Below the pieces are notes generated by a model, which worked only from the letters and a program-made list of their open reading frames with translations, was not told the DNA's origin and made no database searches. Positions 52,761 through 63,768 of a DNA stretch of 64,000 nucleotides are shown here, one piece after another (positions within the stretch are counted from its first letter, which is position 1; the number at the start of each line of letters is the position of its first letter). Source of the DNA: Thalia democratica (taxonomy: Eukaryota); NCBI GenBank assembly GCA_965202585.1, contig OZ241826.1, positions 23,622,001 to 23,686,000 on the forward strand, written 5' to 3'. Made by a program: the position numbers and the translations under genes.

Positions 52761-54971
52761 TCCTGTTTGGTACGTCATAATATTTAAGAAAACTATTATG
52801 TTCTTTGTTTATTGTTTTGTTGAGTGATGTCATTGAATGAGTTGTTTTTTTTTTCTAAGCTAGTTTTAGTTGTATTCTGTTATATTATCTGTTTTGTTGT
52901 TGTTGTCAGTTTATTCTCGTAATGTAAAAAAGTCTAGTTTTCAAAGATTGTCTGTGTTTTAATTAAAGTAAATTTTAGGATATAAATAAAGTTGATTAAA
53001 AAGCTAGTTTTTTGAAAATATTAATAACTATTTAATTGTTAGATGTTTTAACTGCGAGCTAAATAGTAGAACGTTGTTAAACATTATTCTTTTAAGAAAT
53101 TTATAACTAAGTCTAACTCTCGCAGTATATTTCATAGTTTATATCCTAGTTTTTTTTTTATTGAAAAGTTTAATAAAATATAGTTAAAGTTTTTTTTAAG
53201 TATTAAACACATTTAAAACATTTAGTACATCTTTTACATTAAGTATATTTTAGCTATAAGATATGTAAATTCAAACAGCTATTCACCTTTTATTTTAAAT
53301 ATATTCATTTTAAGTAGATTCATTTCAAAAAATAACTGGAGTCTTATGTTATTTTAGTTTCAATATATGTAATAATAATTTTGTAATAGTTTGAGTGCTA
53401 AACTTGTCTAAAACGGACTAAAATTTCTAAAAAATTCAGTATTTATTTTTGTTTAAAACTGACGTTAAATTTAATTTGTTCTGTTGAATACGAAACAGTC
53501 TACTAATAAATACATAAATTCGTCAAGTACACATTCGAAGGCAAGCGGAAAATGACAATATTTGTGACTACTTTTACTTACTTTAAGTTTTATTTAACTA
53601 CTTAGAGCTAGATTAACCGGTTTATATTGTCCTGGTCACGACGTTAAACTGTTCTAGTGTATGACTCGATAACCGAAAGGTTTTTCTCGTGTACCAGGTC
53701 CTTGGACTAATATTTTTGAGAATTTTGGAAGTTTAATAAAAAATGTATTTAGAATCTGTTTTGCTTTAAATATAATAATATTCAAACCAGGTTGAATATA
53801 GAAAATTTTTGTAATTTTGAAGTTTAACACAACTCATGTCATGTTAATCTCTAGTAAGTTCGCAGTATGTCGCAGAAATGTTTTTTTTTTGTTTCCAAGT
53901 AAGATTTATGTTAATTGTTATAGCGGGAAAATACTACAACATAGTGAAGAAAATATCAGTTAATGCTAAAGATATAAGTTAATAAAACCTTTTTGATACA
54001 CAAAAAAGTTAAACCTGTGAAAATAGTAGTTTTATTACAAAATATTAAAATTGAAAATGTTTTGTTTTACTTTATTTTTGATGTAAATAAACTTAAGTAT
54101 AGATAGATTAGTCGTTTCGAAATCACATGAATAGAAAGCATAAAAAAAAAACTTTATAGCTTTAAACTTGAGAAATCATATTACTTTTAGAAGTTTTGCA
54201 TTATACTGGTTTATTTAAAACAGGAAAAAAGTGAAACACTTAAAAACGCAGTACTAATTACTCGTACAAAATTCGATTACCGTATATTCTTTATTATAAA
54301 TAAACAAGCCCTAATAATTTAGAACTTCGAATATAAGAATAAATTCTCAGTGAAGCGTGAACTTTTTACAAACACTATGTGCAAATAGCCCAGAAGTCGG
54401 CAGGTCAAAGTATAACATTTTTTATGTGCTTTAAAAAAATACTTATGGATAATTTTAATAATTAAAAAAGATTTAGGCGATAGATTATTCTTTGAAGATA
54501 ACACTAAAATTTATTTTTGTTTTTTCGTGAATATCGATATAATAAACTCGTTAATACCAAATTTTAATGCGACCGGCGGGCCGCAGTTTGCCGAACCCTA
54601 TGCAAATCCATAGTTGTTTGCTGAACTTGTGTTTAAGTATAGAATCTAGTAAATAATATGCTCTAGTAGTAATAATCCAGGTTGAACATTCGACAGGTTG
54701 TCAAACGACAAGCAGTGTTAGTTCTATTTTGTGTCAGCCGTTTTTTATACCTGTTTTTTAATTTTATTTAAAAAATAACATAAATGTTTATAAATCAGCA
54801 AAATTTCGATTTATTATGTTTTCAAATAATTAATATTTAGACAGCTTTGTATAAAACTTAAAAGTCTGAAATAATTTGAAATATGATAGTTTAGGCAAGA
54901 GAACCTAAAAAACTAAAATATCAAAAACTAAACCAAAGACATAGAAAACAATTTATTTCTAAAATTAAACT

Positions 54972-56473
54972 TTAAAGACACGGAGCAGTAATAGCAGAGA
55001 ATCCTGGAAAATATTTTGTTTGATCGCTAGGTTTTTCACACCATTCATTCTTTACTGTATCGAAGCAGTAGATACTTGATGAGCCTTCAAAACTGATAAA
55101 CATTTTATGCCCAAAACTAAATGCTGCAAAAGGATTTGTTAGAGCTATATTGTACAAAGTGAGTGGTGGTTTGAGAACAGTGAACTTTTTAGAAGGAGAA
55201 TCATAAACTTCGTTGATTTCAGTTCCTCCTGCGATAACGAATAACTTATTCTGAACTACAATTGACTTGTGATTACATCTAGAATAGTTCATTGTTGCAA
55301 ATTTTGTCCAATTGTCGTTTATTGGGTCGTATGCTTCAACTGTGTTCAATGCTTGATAGTTTTCATTACCGTAAAAATTAACAAAATCAAGAAAATCATC
55401 ATCTGCGTATCGAATCCCTCCGGATACGATTATTTTCTCTTCAAAAACACATGCATCAGGACTTTCTCTTTTTTCATTCATCTCAGATTTGAGCTTCCAA
55501 GAGTAATCTTTTGTATCGAGCTCTAAACAGAAGTCTCTTTCATCATTATCAAATTCATCCCATTGTTTTTCTAAGAATCCACCTATCAGATAAATTTTGT
55601 CCATAAAGCTGCAGACAGCATAATCACTATTTTCATAGTCAAATATATCTCCTATATTAGCAACTACTTTGCACGTTTTTGAAAGATGGCTGTACATTTC
55701 TACTTCTTTTACTAAGTGCCCTTGCTCATCAAAACCACCAAATAAGTATATGTTTCCTCTAAGATAAACCGCTTTAGAGTAATAACGTTTTTTAACCAAA
55801 GAAGAAACTATCTCAGTAACTTTATAGTCGTTGGAACGATGTAATTGTATTATTTTGTCACTAACAGTTACACCAAACATTCTAAATTTTTTGATACCTC
55901 CAAAATACAAAATGTCAAACAAATCGTGATCGCAGCATCTTGCTGTAAAAAACTTGCTCGGTTTATTCCTATAAAAATCAATGTCGCCTTTTAAAATATC
56001 ATTTACAACCTCATGGGAATCTTTGTTCTTTCTAAAACAACTATTTTCAGTTAGGATCGTTTTCAAGGTTTTATCTCCTAAAAGTGGAAGACGTATTTTG
56101 TGTAGCAGCCTTTTTGCAAATGTTCCTCTTTCAATCAAGTTGTAATTGATCCATTTATCAACAGCTTGGTAAACTTCAATCTCAGTTGTGACTAACAAAC
56201 TCGATCTAGAAAGAATCTTTTCAAGCAGATTCACCTCAAATTGCAAAAAGTTATCTGTCTCTGAAATCATCAAAAACCAGCTGTCCATGTATATCAAAGT
56301 GTCTTTACTCGAAGAACAAAATATCTTTGAAAGAGTGAGATGCATGCAAAAATTTTTGTTACTTATTTTATCTTTGAAATATTTAACAAGTTTCTGCTCT
56401 TCTTTGTCGTCTAAAACCATCTTATTTAGTTGCATGTCTTTGATAAAGCAATAGTCTTGTAAACATTCTTTAC
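54972..56473 (-). CDS. BACK + Kelch protein gene 4, coding exon 2 (joins exon A 59686-59449; predicted 579 aa)
   Basis: Acceptor gttattcag|gt aaa gaa at the conserved position (the ORF-track MCYS is intronic); intact BACK and Kelch. Confidence 0.9.
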
Positions 56474-56999
56474 CTGAATAACACATGATTTTAATGATAT
56501 TTTAAGAATGCAAACATTTAAAGTTAAAAATCTACTTAAACTATACAAGAGACACTCAGTGTAGAACACAAGTATGTTTTACATTGTTTTTATCAGTGAA
56601 TTAAAAAAAAAATACAAGTTAAATTTAATCTATTTAGTAACAGTAGTTAGTTCTCTGTTAAAACAATTTAACATAATTAAAAACAACTAAATAAAAAGTC
56701 AATTACATAAAACTAATCAAAATACTAGTTATTAAAGTTGACTATATATAAACATGTAAAAACAAAAAGAGCATTAAGTAAATAAAGCAACACTATAGTT
56801 ATGTTGTTTTTTTTTGTCTACAAAGGGTAGGTTCAGTCTTTAAAATACATATAGTATTATTTTTAACAAGGTAATACATGTTATAATATTTTTTGATAAT
56901 CTTAAATCTCTCCAATTTGAAGTTTCAACACAATATTGATTGATCACTAGATAATCAACAATAGCAGATATAACAAGTTTATTCTTAATTTTATAACTT

Positions 57000-57210
57000 C
57001 TTTACTTTTTTTTTCAGCTAAATTTAAAAACTTATAAATGCAAGCACATATATGTTCTTTGATCTTTTTTTTAGTTGTCTAGTTGGAAAACCAACATAAT
57101 TATTGTTGTAATAACATGTTAATTGGTATATAACATGATTTTATCAAATACAATTATCTAATGTTTACCTTCAGTTGTCAACATAGGACTAGAGATAAAA
57201 ACTACTCTGG
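57000..57210 (-). mobile_element. Inverted PLE GIY-YIG remnant in the gene 4 intron
   Basis: Minus strand DK.CVIYQLTCYYNNNYVGFPTRQLKKR, across one frameshift. Confidence 0.65.
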
Positions 57211-57499
57211 GTTTTACAGCTTAAAAGTTTAAATTATAAGTTGCTTATTATTTTAACTAAGTAAACCTTTTTTTAAATTATGTATGAAATTTTCTTTTCT
57301 GGTCAAATTTCCTTGTCTATATTTAAAACATGAAAATGAAGTTTATTTGCTCTACTTTCTAACTCAGGGAATTAACATTACTATAGTAAAGAACAGTCTT
57401 AACATAATTAATTTTTTTTTCACAGAATTCCTATGAAAAGATTAAACGTGCAAAATGACACTGTGTCCTGCTTAAACTGACTGCTCCGTTTTAAGGATA

Positions 57500-58900
57500 T
57501 GAAAAGGTTAAATAACAGCTTTAAAAATGAAAAAAAAGTTATTACAAAGGCTAATAAAGGCAATGCCTGTGTTATTTTAGTTATGCATTACTATCGGAAA
57601 AATGCATTTTTGCATTTATGATATTTCAAAACCTAAATGTTTAGTATAAGTTAACAAACTTGACAACACTAACAAGTTAGAAAACAATACAGTCAGGTTT
57701 CATTAATATTGTGTTTCACGGAAAAAAATTAGGAAAGAAATAGGTTTAATTAGTTTAAAAACGTATCTAAAGAAATTGGTTAAATTAGACTTGTGATCTA
57801 TGGTCTTTTAAAGTTCATTAGAAAGCAATCCAAATGAGGTAAAATTTATCAATAACTAACTCTCCGCAGCATAAAGTAGCAAAACTTCTAAACTGTCTAC
57901 TTGTATTCTGTACTGGAACAACGGTTAGAATATTATTTTTATTATGTAATCAAGGATTCATCACATTTGTTGGATAAGTTAGAACCTAAAAGCTAATAAA
58001 TACTTATGGCTTTGTTTGACGTCTAAAATTTGTTCACAAATGTCCTACTAAAATAAATAGTTGATCTTTTCAACAAAAGTTGTATGAACTTGAGAAACCT
58101 TTGATTATCTAAAGAAAATTTTGTTAAATTGCTAAAGATTGTCACTAGTAATGTAAAGTTCTCTTTTAATGCTATAATGCTCAAACAGTATGATGGTGTC
58201 GCTAAGGGATCTCCTTTAGTCAGTATCTTTATGGGGTTCTTAGAATTAAAAATTATCTTTAAGATTCAATAAAGAATCCATTACTTTAGGTATGTAGATT
58301 ATTGCTTCATTAGAGCCAAAAATGAAAAAAAACGGAATAATTTCTACTAGTTATTAAATAAATAGTAAAATTTAATTATATTTACCACTAAAAAAGAACA
58401 GAATAATGAGTAATCATAGCTTGATGTACTGGTTATAAGGCAAAATACTGAAGTTGTTACTACCATTTTCAGAAAGAAAACTTTAACCGGTAATTATATA
58501 AAATTTTAGTCACATTGCTGTCTGAAACTATATGTCAATCTAATAACAGTACACAGTGTCATCTCGTATATTTAATCTGTTCACCTGAATTCTCTATTGA
58601 AGAAATTAATAACCTAGAAGCCAATGGATGTCCTATTGAACTAGTGAGTAGAACTATTAAATCTCACATAAATCGTTTTAAAAAAAGATCAGGAAATTGG
58701 ACAAGAAAAAAGAGTTGTCATTTTGAAAGTACCGTACATAAATAAAGGATCTGTTTATTACAAGAAAAAATTTGAGCAACTATAGACCACTTTTGAGCGG
58801 CAAAACCCAGAGTAACTATTAACTCAAGACCTAAATTGACACATTTAGGCAAAGACAATATACCCAATTTTGATAAAAGCATAATTATATACCTTTGGAA
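57500..58900 (+). mobile_element. Decayed PLE RT/thumb and start of endonuclease in the gene 4 intron
   Basis: VITKANKGNACVIL...NSPQHKVAKLL...KQYDGVAKGSPLVSIFMGFLEL...YFRYVDYCF...FTTKKEQNNE..LDVLV...RKKTLTG...NGCPIELV...LKVPYI...KDNIPNFDKSIIIY. Confidence 0.8.
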
Positions 58901-59155
58901 AGATTTAAGATGACTTAAAATGTTGTAACATGTTTAATTTATTTAAAATAGAACCAATAGGTATTTTAAATAGAAAACCTACCCCTTTTAGGCAGAAATA
59001 TTTTAATTCTAGTGTTGCTTTATTTACTTATTGCTTATTTTGGTGTCTTATTTTCAATAATTAGTAATTCAATTAGTTATCTAGAGTTAACATTGTATGT
59101 TGTTAATAGTTGTTATACTAATAAGTTAAATCTATTTTTTTATATATTGCTATGT

Positions 59156-59191
59156 ATCCACTGATGAAAACAGCGTGAAATATCTATGGAT
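59156..59191 (+). ncRNA. Hammerhead ribozyme remnant at the 3' end (pLTR) of the intronic PLE
   Basis: atcca CTGATGA aaacagcgt GAAA tatcta tggat: intact core and 5-bp helix I (atcca/tggat); helices II and III are weakened. Confidence 0.55.
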
Positions 59192-59448
59192 GTTGGCACA
59201 AAATGTCTATTTAATATTGGTTTAAATTAATATTTACATTAAATATTTGTTTTTAAAACTTAAACTAAATACAAAAGAGCTCATTTAAAAATGTTTCACT
59301 TACTAATTGTTGTAACTGGTTTTTTCAACTAATCTTAAAAAATTGGTTGTTACTTTATTTATTGTTTTTTTAATAGATAGTATTTGCTTGTAATATTTTT
59401 TTTTATCAAAAACTTTACAAACAATCACAAAAATTAAACTAAACGTAC

Positions 59449-59686
59449 TTGGATAAGAGTATTTCTTGCTTGCTGTTAAACTCATGAAAGCATTTTCTTT
59501 AATTTTTTGCTGTTGTGCTTTTGTAATAAATTTTTTGACAAAACTACAAGCTTCAAGTTTATTTTCATGTTTACTTAGGTGTTCAGTTTTCTGTAAATCT
59601 TCCAACTTTCTTTTTTTAATATCAGCTGTATTCTTATTTCTATCTCTCAACCAGTATGGTCTAAGCTTTAAATCCTTTTTACTCAT
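59449..59686 (-). CDS. Kelch gene 4 coding exon 1 (exon A)
   Basis: ATG at 59686; 238 nt; donor cca a|gtacgt, phase 1. Confidence 0.8.
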
Positions 59687-60762
59687 ATTAAATACTTAAA
59701 ATTAATAAAATGAACCTGTATTGATTTTATATGATTAATTAAATGAAATAAAAGAAGACTAAAGCTAGAGCAGAGTTGCACTTCTTTAAGTAAAAAATGC
59801 TTTAGTTAACAAAAATGTAATTGATTACTATAAACTTTCCTTTTTCAACTTAAGTTATTAAAAAACCTTATTTAACTTTTTTTTTACTTAAATAAGCTGA
59901 TTTTTTTTTCTAATTTAATAAGAAAATTACAAAATTGCAACTAAATTAAATAAAACTCTTTTAATAATACTTGCCTCAAGTTTTCAGAATTCTTAAAATA
60001 TCCTGAGTTTTCATTTTAAAACTATTTTACCTAAGTAATCCTGAACATAAAAAAAAGATCTTAACATTCTGAGTCATCCTGTGTTATTAGAGTCATCTTA
60101 GGATTTTCATGAATTTCAAAATATCCTGAGTTATTATTTATGTCTTAAATGTGTGATAAGCTTGATATAATTCTAGTATATGACCAACATCATAAAAACC
60201 TGAAAAAATTTAATTTTGAAAGAACACCAAACTCATAATTTAGTTACCTTATTTCAAACAGTTTTATTTAAACTTTTATAGATTTTATTACTTTTATCAG
60301 TTTGGATACTACTGTAATTATTCTTGGTAACTTAAATGGTAATAAAACAATTGTTTTTTGAAGTAATTATACTATTAGAATTAATTATGATTACTTTGAG
60401 TCTCGAAGTGACCAACCATATATCTATTTCATTTTTAATTTGTATACATTTTTACCTCAAAATATTTTGTTATTACCTTTTTAATTTTTTGTAGTTTTTT
60501 AATTATTTATTTTTAGTTGTTTGAGATAGAATAACTACCATATATAATTCTGTATAACTTATAGGTAATATTGAAAACTAGACTTACCAGCTTTTTACCT
60601 GAATATACATTAACACCATTAGTATTATCTGTTATTTGTTTAGTCTTACAATTTTTACCATAAGTATAACATAAAACTTAGCACCAAAACTAACTTAAGT
60701 TTGAGATTTTAAATCACAACTTTGAAAGTTGTAAATAAATCAAACTTACTACAATTTTAAAC

Positions 60763-61185
60763 CAGGGTTGCCACTAGTTTTTGAGAAGTTTCTTCCAGTT
60801 TTTCTGAATTTCTTCCTGATTTTTAAAAGTACACATTTTTAGGTCTATTTATAGTTTAAATTTAATTTTAAGGTACAAAAAAACTGTGTAACTAGTTTAA
60901 CAACATTGAAAAGACAATGTAAAGCTACTTTAAAATTGTTTTAAAAAATAAAATATTATAATGACCACTAAAAGTTTAATTCATAGACTTTCTCATAAAA
61001 TCAAAAGTTTCACATAAAAAATTATTAGAAAATCCTATTTTTTTAGTACTTTAGGTATGTTTGTTAAAAATTTCAGGCTGTTCAAGATTTTAAAAAATTT
61101 TTAATTTCTGGCTTTTTCCATTTTTCTTGGACTAAATTATTAAATTCAAAGTTTATTTAGAATTTTAGATTTTAAGAGAACTCTG
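60763..61185. mobile_element. Full-length copy of the CAGGG MITE found truncated in the 25-28 kb array
   Basis: Ends cagggttgcca / gagaactctg; flanks ttaaac/ttaaaa. The body matches the array units (acacattttt.ggtcta...aacaacattgaaaagaca.tgtaaagctac). Confidence 0.7.
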
Positions 61186-61720
61186 TTAAAATAATAATAA
61201 ATATATAAATAAAGTTGATTATTTTATAAATATATATATTATTATTTTAAATAAAAAAACAGGTAAAAATGCGGCTGACTCAATTTACAAGTGGCATTGC
61301 TTAAGGTTTGACTACCTGTCATATATTCCACTTGGATAACTTATATTTTATCTACTTAATTCTAAACTGCAACACAGAGTTTAAAAACAACCATGGATTT
61401 GCACGAATAGTGTCTGTAAAAATTTCACGCTTGGCTGAGCAATTTTTTTTAGATTCAAAATTCTAATTGATTAAAACTTTTTTTTTTCTAAAGAACAAGA
61501 AAGTACAAAAATATATTATAAGTTATTATATACTCTGTTTAAGTAGTTTCCCTGAGAACTAAATGTGTAAAATTTTTGACCACATTTTAAGTAATTTTAA
61601 ACATTGATGATATATGTATTTATAGTTTTTGCAATTGTTCTTAAATACAATGTTTTATATCTTTGTCATCTCTAATTATACTTAAAGTAGCTCTAAGTAT
61701 CATATAATATCAGAAATTAG

Positions 61721-63049
61721 CAGAGTTGCCACAAGGTCAGGAAAAATCAGAAAATTCCTTATTTTCAAAAATTTAAAATGGTATAAATCAATAAAAATTT
61801 CTTTTGTTTGGCTAAAATTACAATTTACTAATTTTCTGATGTCTTCATCAGGTATAAATTAATAAAATGTTCTATATTAAGGTCTAAGATTTTTTTATTT
61901 ATGCATTAAACTTCCACCTTAGTTGAACAAGCAGTTATAGTATGCTTTTTATTTTTGATGATCTGATGCAAGGACACTTCCAGAGTGAGAATGTCATACG
62001 TACACGAAAGTTTATCTTGTAGAATTTTAGAATTAAGGTGTTTTTTGTTTAAGTAAATAATTAAATTCTTTCTATTTAATCAATGAGGTTAGTATTTTAT
62101 GTAACAAGTTTATGTGTACACTATACCTTTTTATAATTTGTTTCATGTTGATTAAACTTAAATCTTAAGTTATAAGAGAGGGTTACACTATGATAATTTA
62201 ACTTATTTGTAATTTTTTTGTAGAATAATTTATTTTTTTTAATAAATACGAGCAGATTTGTTTGTTACATATTTTGTGCTAAATGATGAGATGAAATATT
62301 TTATATAACAGATGTTTAATAGTTACTCTTTATGTATTTTCTTATAGTTACTTAGGTTTATTCATTTCTAATTGATTTTTAACATAAGGATTTTGTTTGT
62401 AATAATTGTGGTAGTATGTTATTAATCTAGAAGAATAACTAAATAGGTACTAAATATTTTAGATAATTATTTAATAATTTAGGCCAAGAAAAATGGAAAA
62501 AAAAAACAGAAATTAAAAAAACTTTTAAACAAATCTTGAAAAGCCTGGAATTTTTAACAAACATTCCTAAAATACCAAAAAAAACTAGATTTTTTAATTA
62601 TTTATACATGTGAAACAATAAAATTTTGATTTTTGAGAAAATCTTTCAATTAAAGTTTTAGTGGTCATCATAATATTCTATTTTATAAAACACTTTTAAA
62701 GTAGCTTTACAGTGTCTTTACAGTGTCATTTTATTACTTGCTAGATTGTTTTACAACGTTTATGCTAAGTCTGACTATATTTTGCTGATAAAGCTGTTTA
62801 TTGAAAATACATCAACCATACACAGATGGTTCAAGTGATGTAATGGAAGTTAGATGATTAAATTCGGCAAAAAAGCTGTTGTTATAACTTTTGTAAAAAC
62901 AATATTGAAATTTTTGCTAGTGTCAAGTGTTTGATTATATAATTTAGAATAAGTTTGATTTAGATCTTTCATGAAAATACTAGTAAAAACTCTGGAAAAT
63001 GTCAGAAAAAGTCAGGAAATTTTTATCTGCTTGATCTGTGGCAACCCTG
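61721..63049. mobile_element. Composite CAGGGTTGCCA-ended element containing a piece of the related MITE (~62480-62720)
   Basis: TIRs cagagttgccacaagg / gatctgtggcaaccctg. Ends are homologous to 45952-46607 in reverse; the internal segment is the reverse complement of 60880-61140. Confidence 0.6.
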
Positions 63050-63365
63050 ATTTACTTTAAGTTCAGTTTTAAAATCAACGACTAAGAGTGTTAGTGTAAA
63101 CATACTATAAGCAAATAACTTTACTATCTAAATAATCTACATCCATGGGCTACAAGATTTATTAGGTGGACACACTAGTTATAGTTCAATATTTTCCTAG
63201 TGGTACCCTTAGATCTAGCTCAAAAATAAAGATTTTAGAATTAGCTCAATTTTGAAAAGATATTAAATCGAAATTTCAGGTAAAATAAATAATTTATTAA
63301 AGCTTATAAAATAAGGAAGCTTTATAACTAAATAAAGTTATAGTTAAAATTGTAATATTTTTAGT

Positions 63366-63768
63366 CAATGTTTCCGAATCTTTTTTTTCGAAGCCTTTTT
63401 AAAGAAATTAAAAAATCTATGATCCCCTAGATCTAGATTTCTGAAAAAACTACTACTTAAAAAAACTAAGACTTTATTTCTGCTTTTCATCACCAACTCG
63501 AGAATGTTTAGTGTAAGTTTAAAATATTGCTTTGTGGCAATTCTTTTCACGGATTATGGCTCCTTAAACTTCTAGAATGTTGTCTAAATAAATATCTACT
63601 ATAAGTTTAAAAACTAACATTTAAAACGTTTAAGATTTTTTTCCGTTCCTCATCAATGTCAGAATTTTTATGTTAAGTTTCTAATTATGAACTAATAATC
63701 ACTCTTTTACCTCTTAACTTCTAACGGTAACCTTAATATTTTGTAATGGTCCACTTTAGAAAACCCTG
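63366..63768. mobile_element. hAT MITE of the 732-1002 family
   Basis: Ends caatgtttccgaatc / tttagaaaaccctg; TSD tttttagt/ttttaagt (7/8); internal caactcgagaatgtttagtgtaagttt matches 866-893. Confidence 0.6.

Noticed and set aside
54560-54600. Isolated hAT-like end motifs (ggcgggccgcagtttgccgaaccct here; also ~7035, ~7378, ~13140 and ~24360-24425)
   Set aside because: Probably MITE remnants, but I could not pair the ends or find TSDs, so they are not called as features.
1947-56454. Short ORFs antisense to or overlapping kelch exons and exon A (e.g. 1947, 2539, 8933, 14789, 15317, 19796, 44003, 55269, 56188, 59466)
   Set aside because: Shadow ORFs of the real coding strand, with no independent motifs.
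1612-56486. Viral (poxvirus-like) origin of the kelch genes
   Set aside because: They have spliceosomal introns, host-like AT-rich codons and TE-filled flanks.
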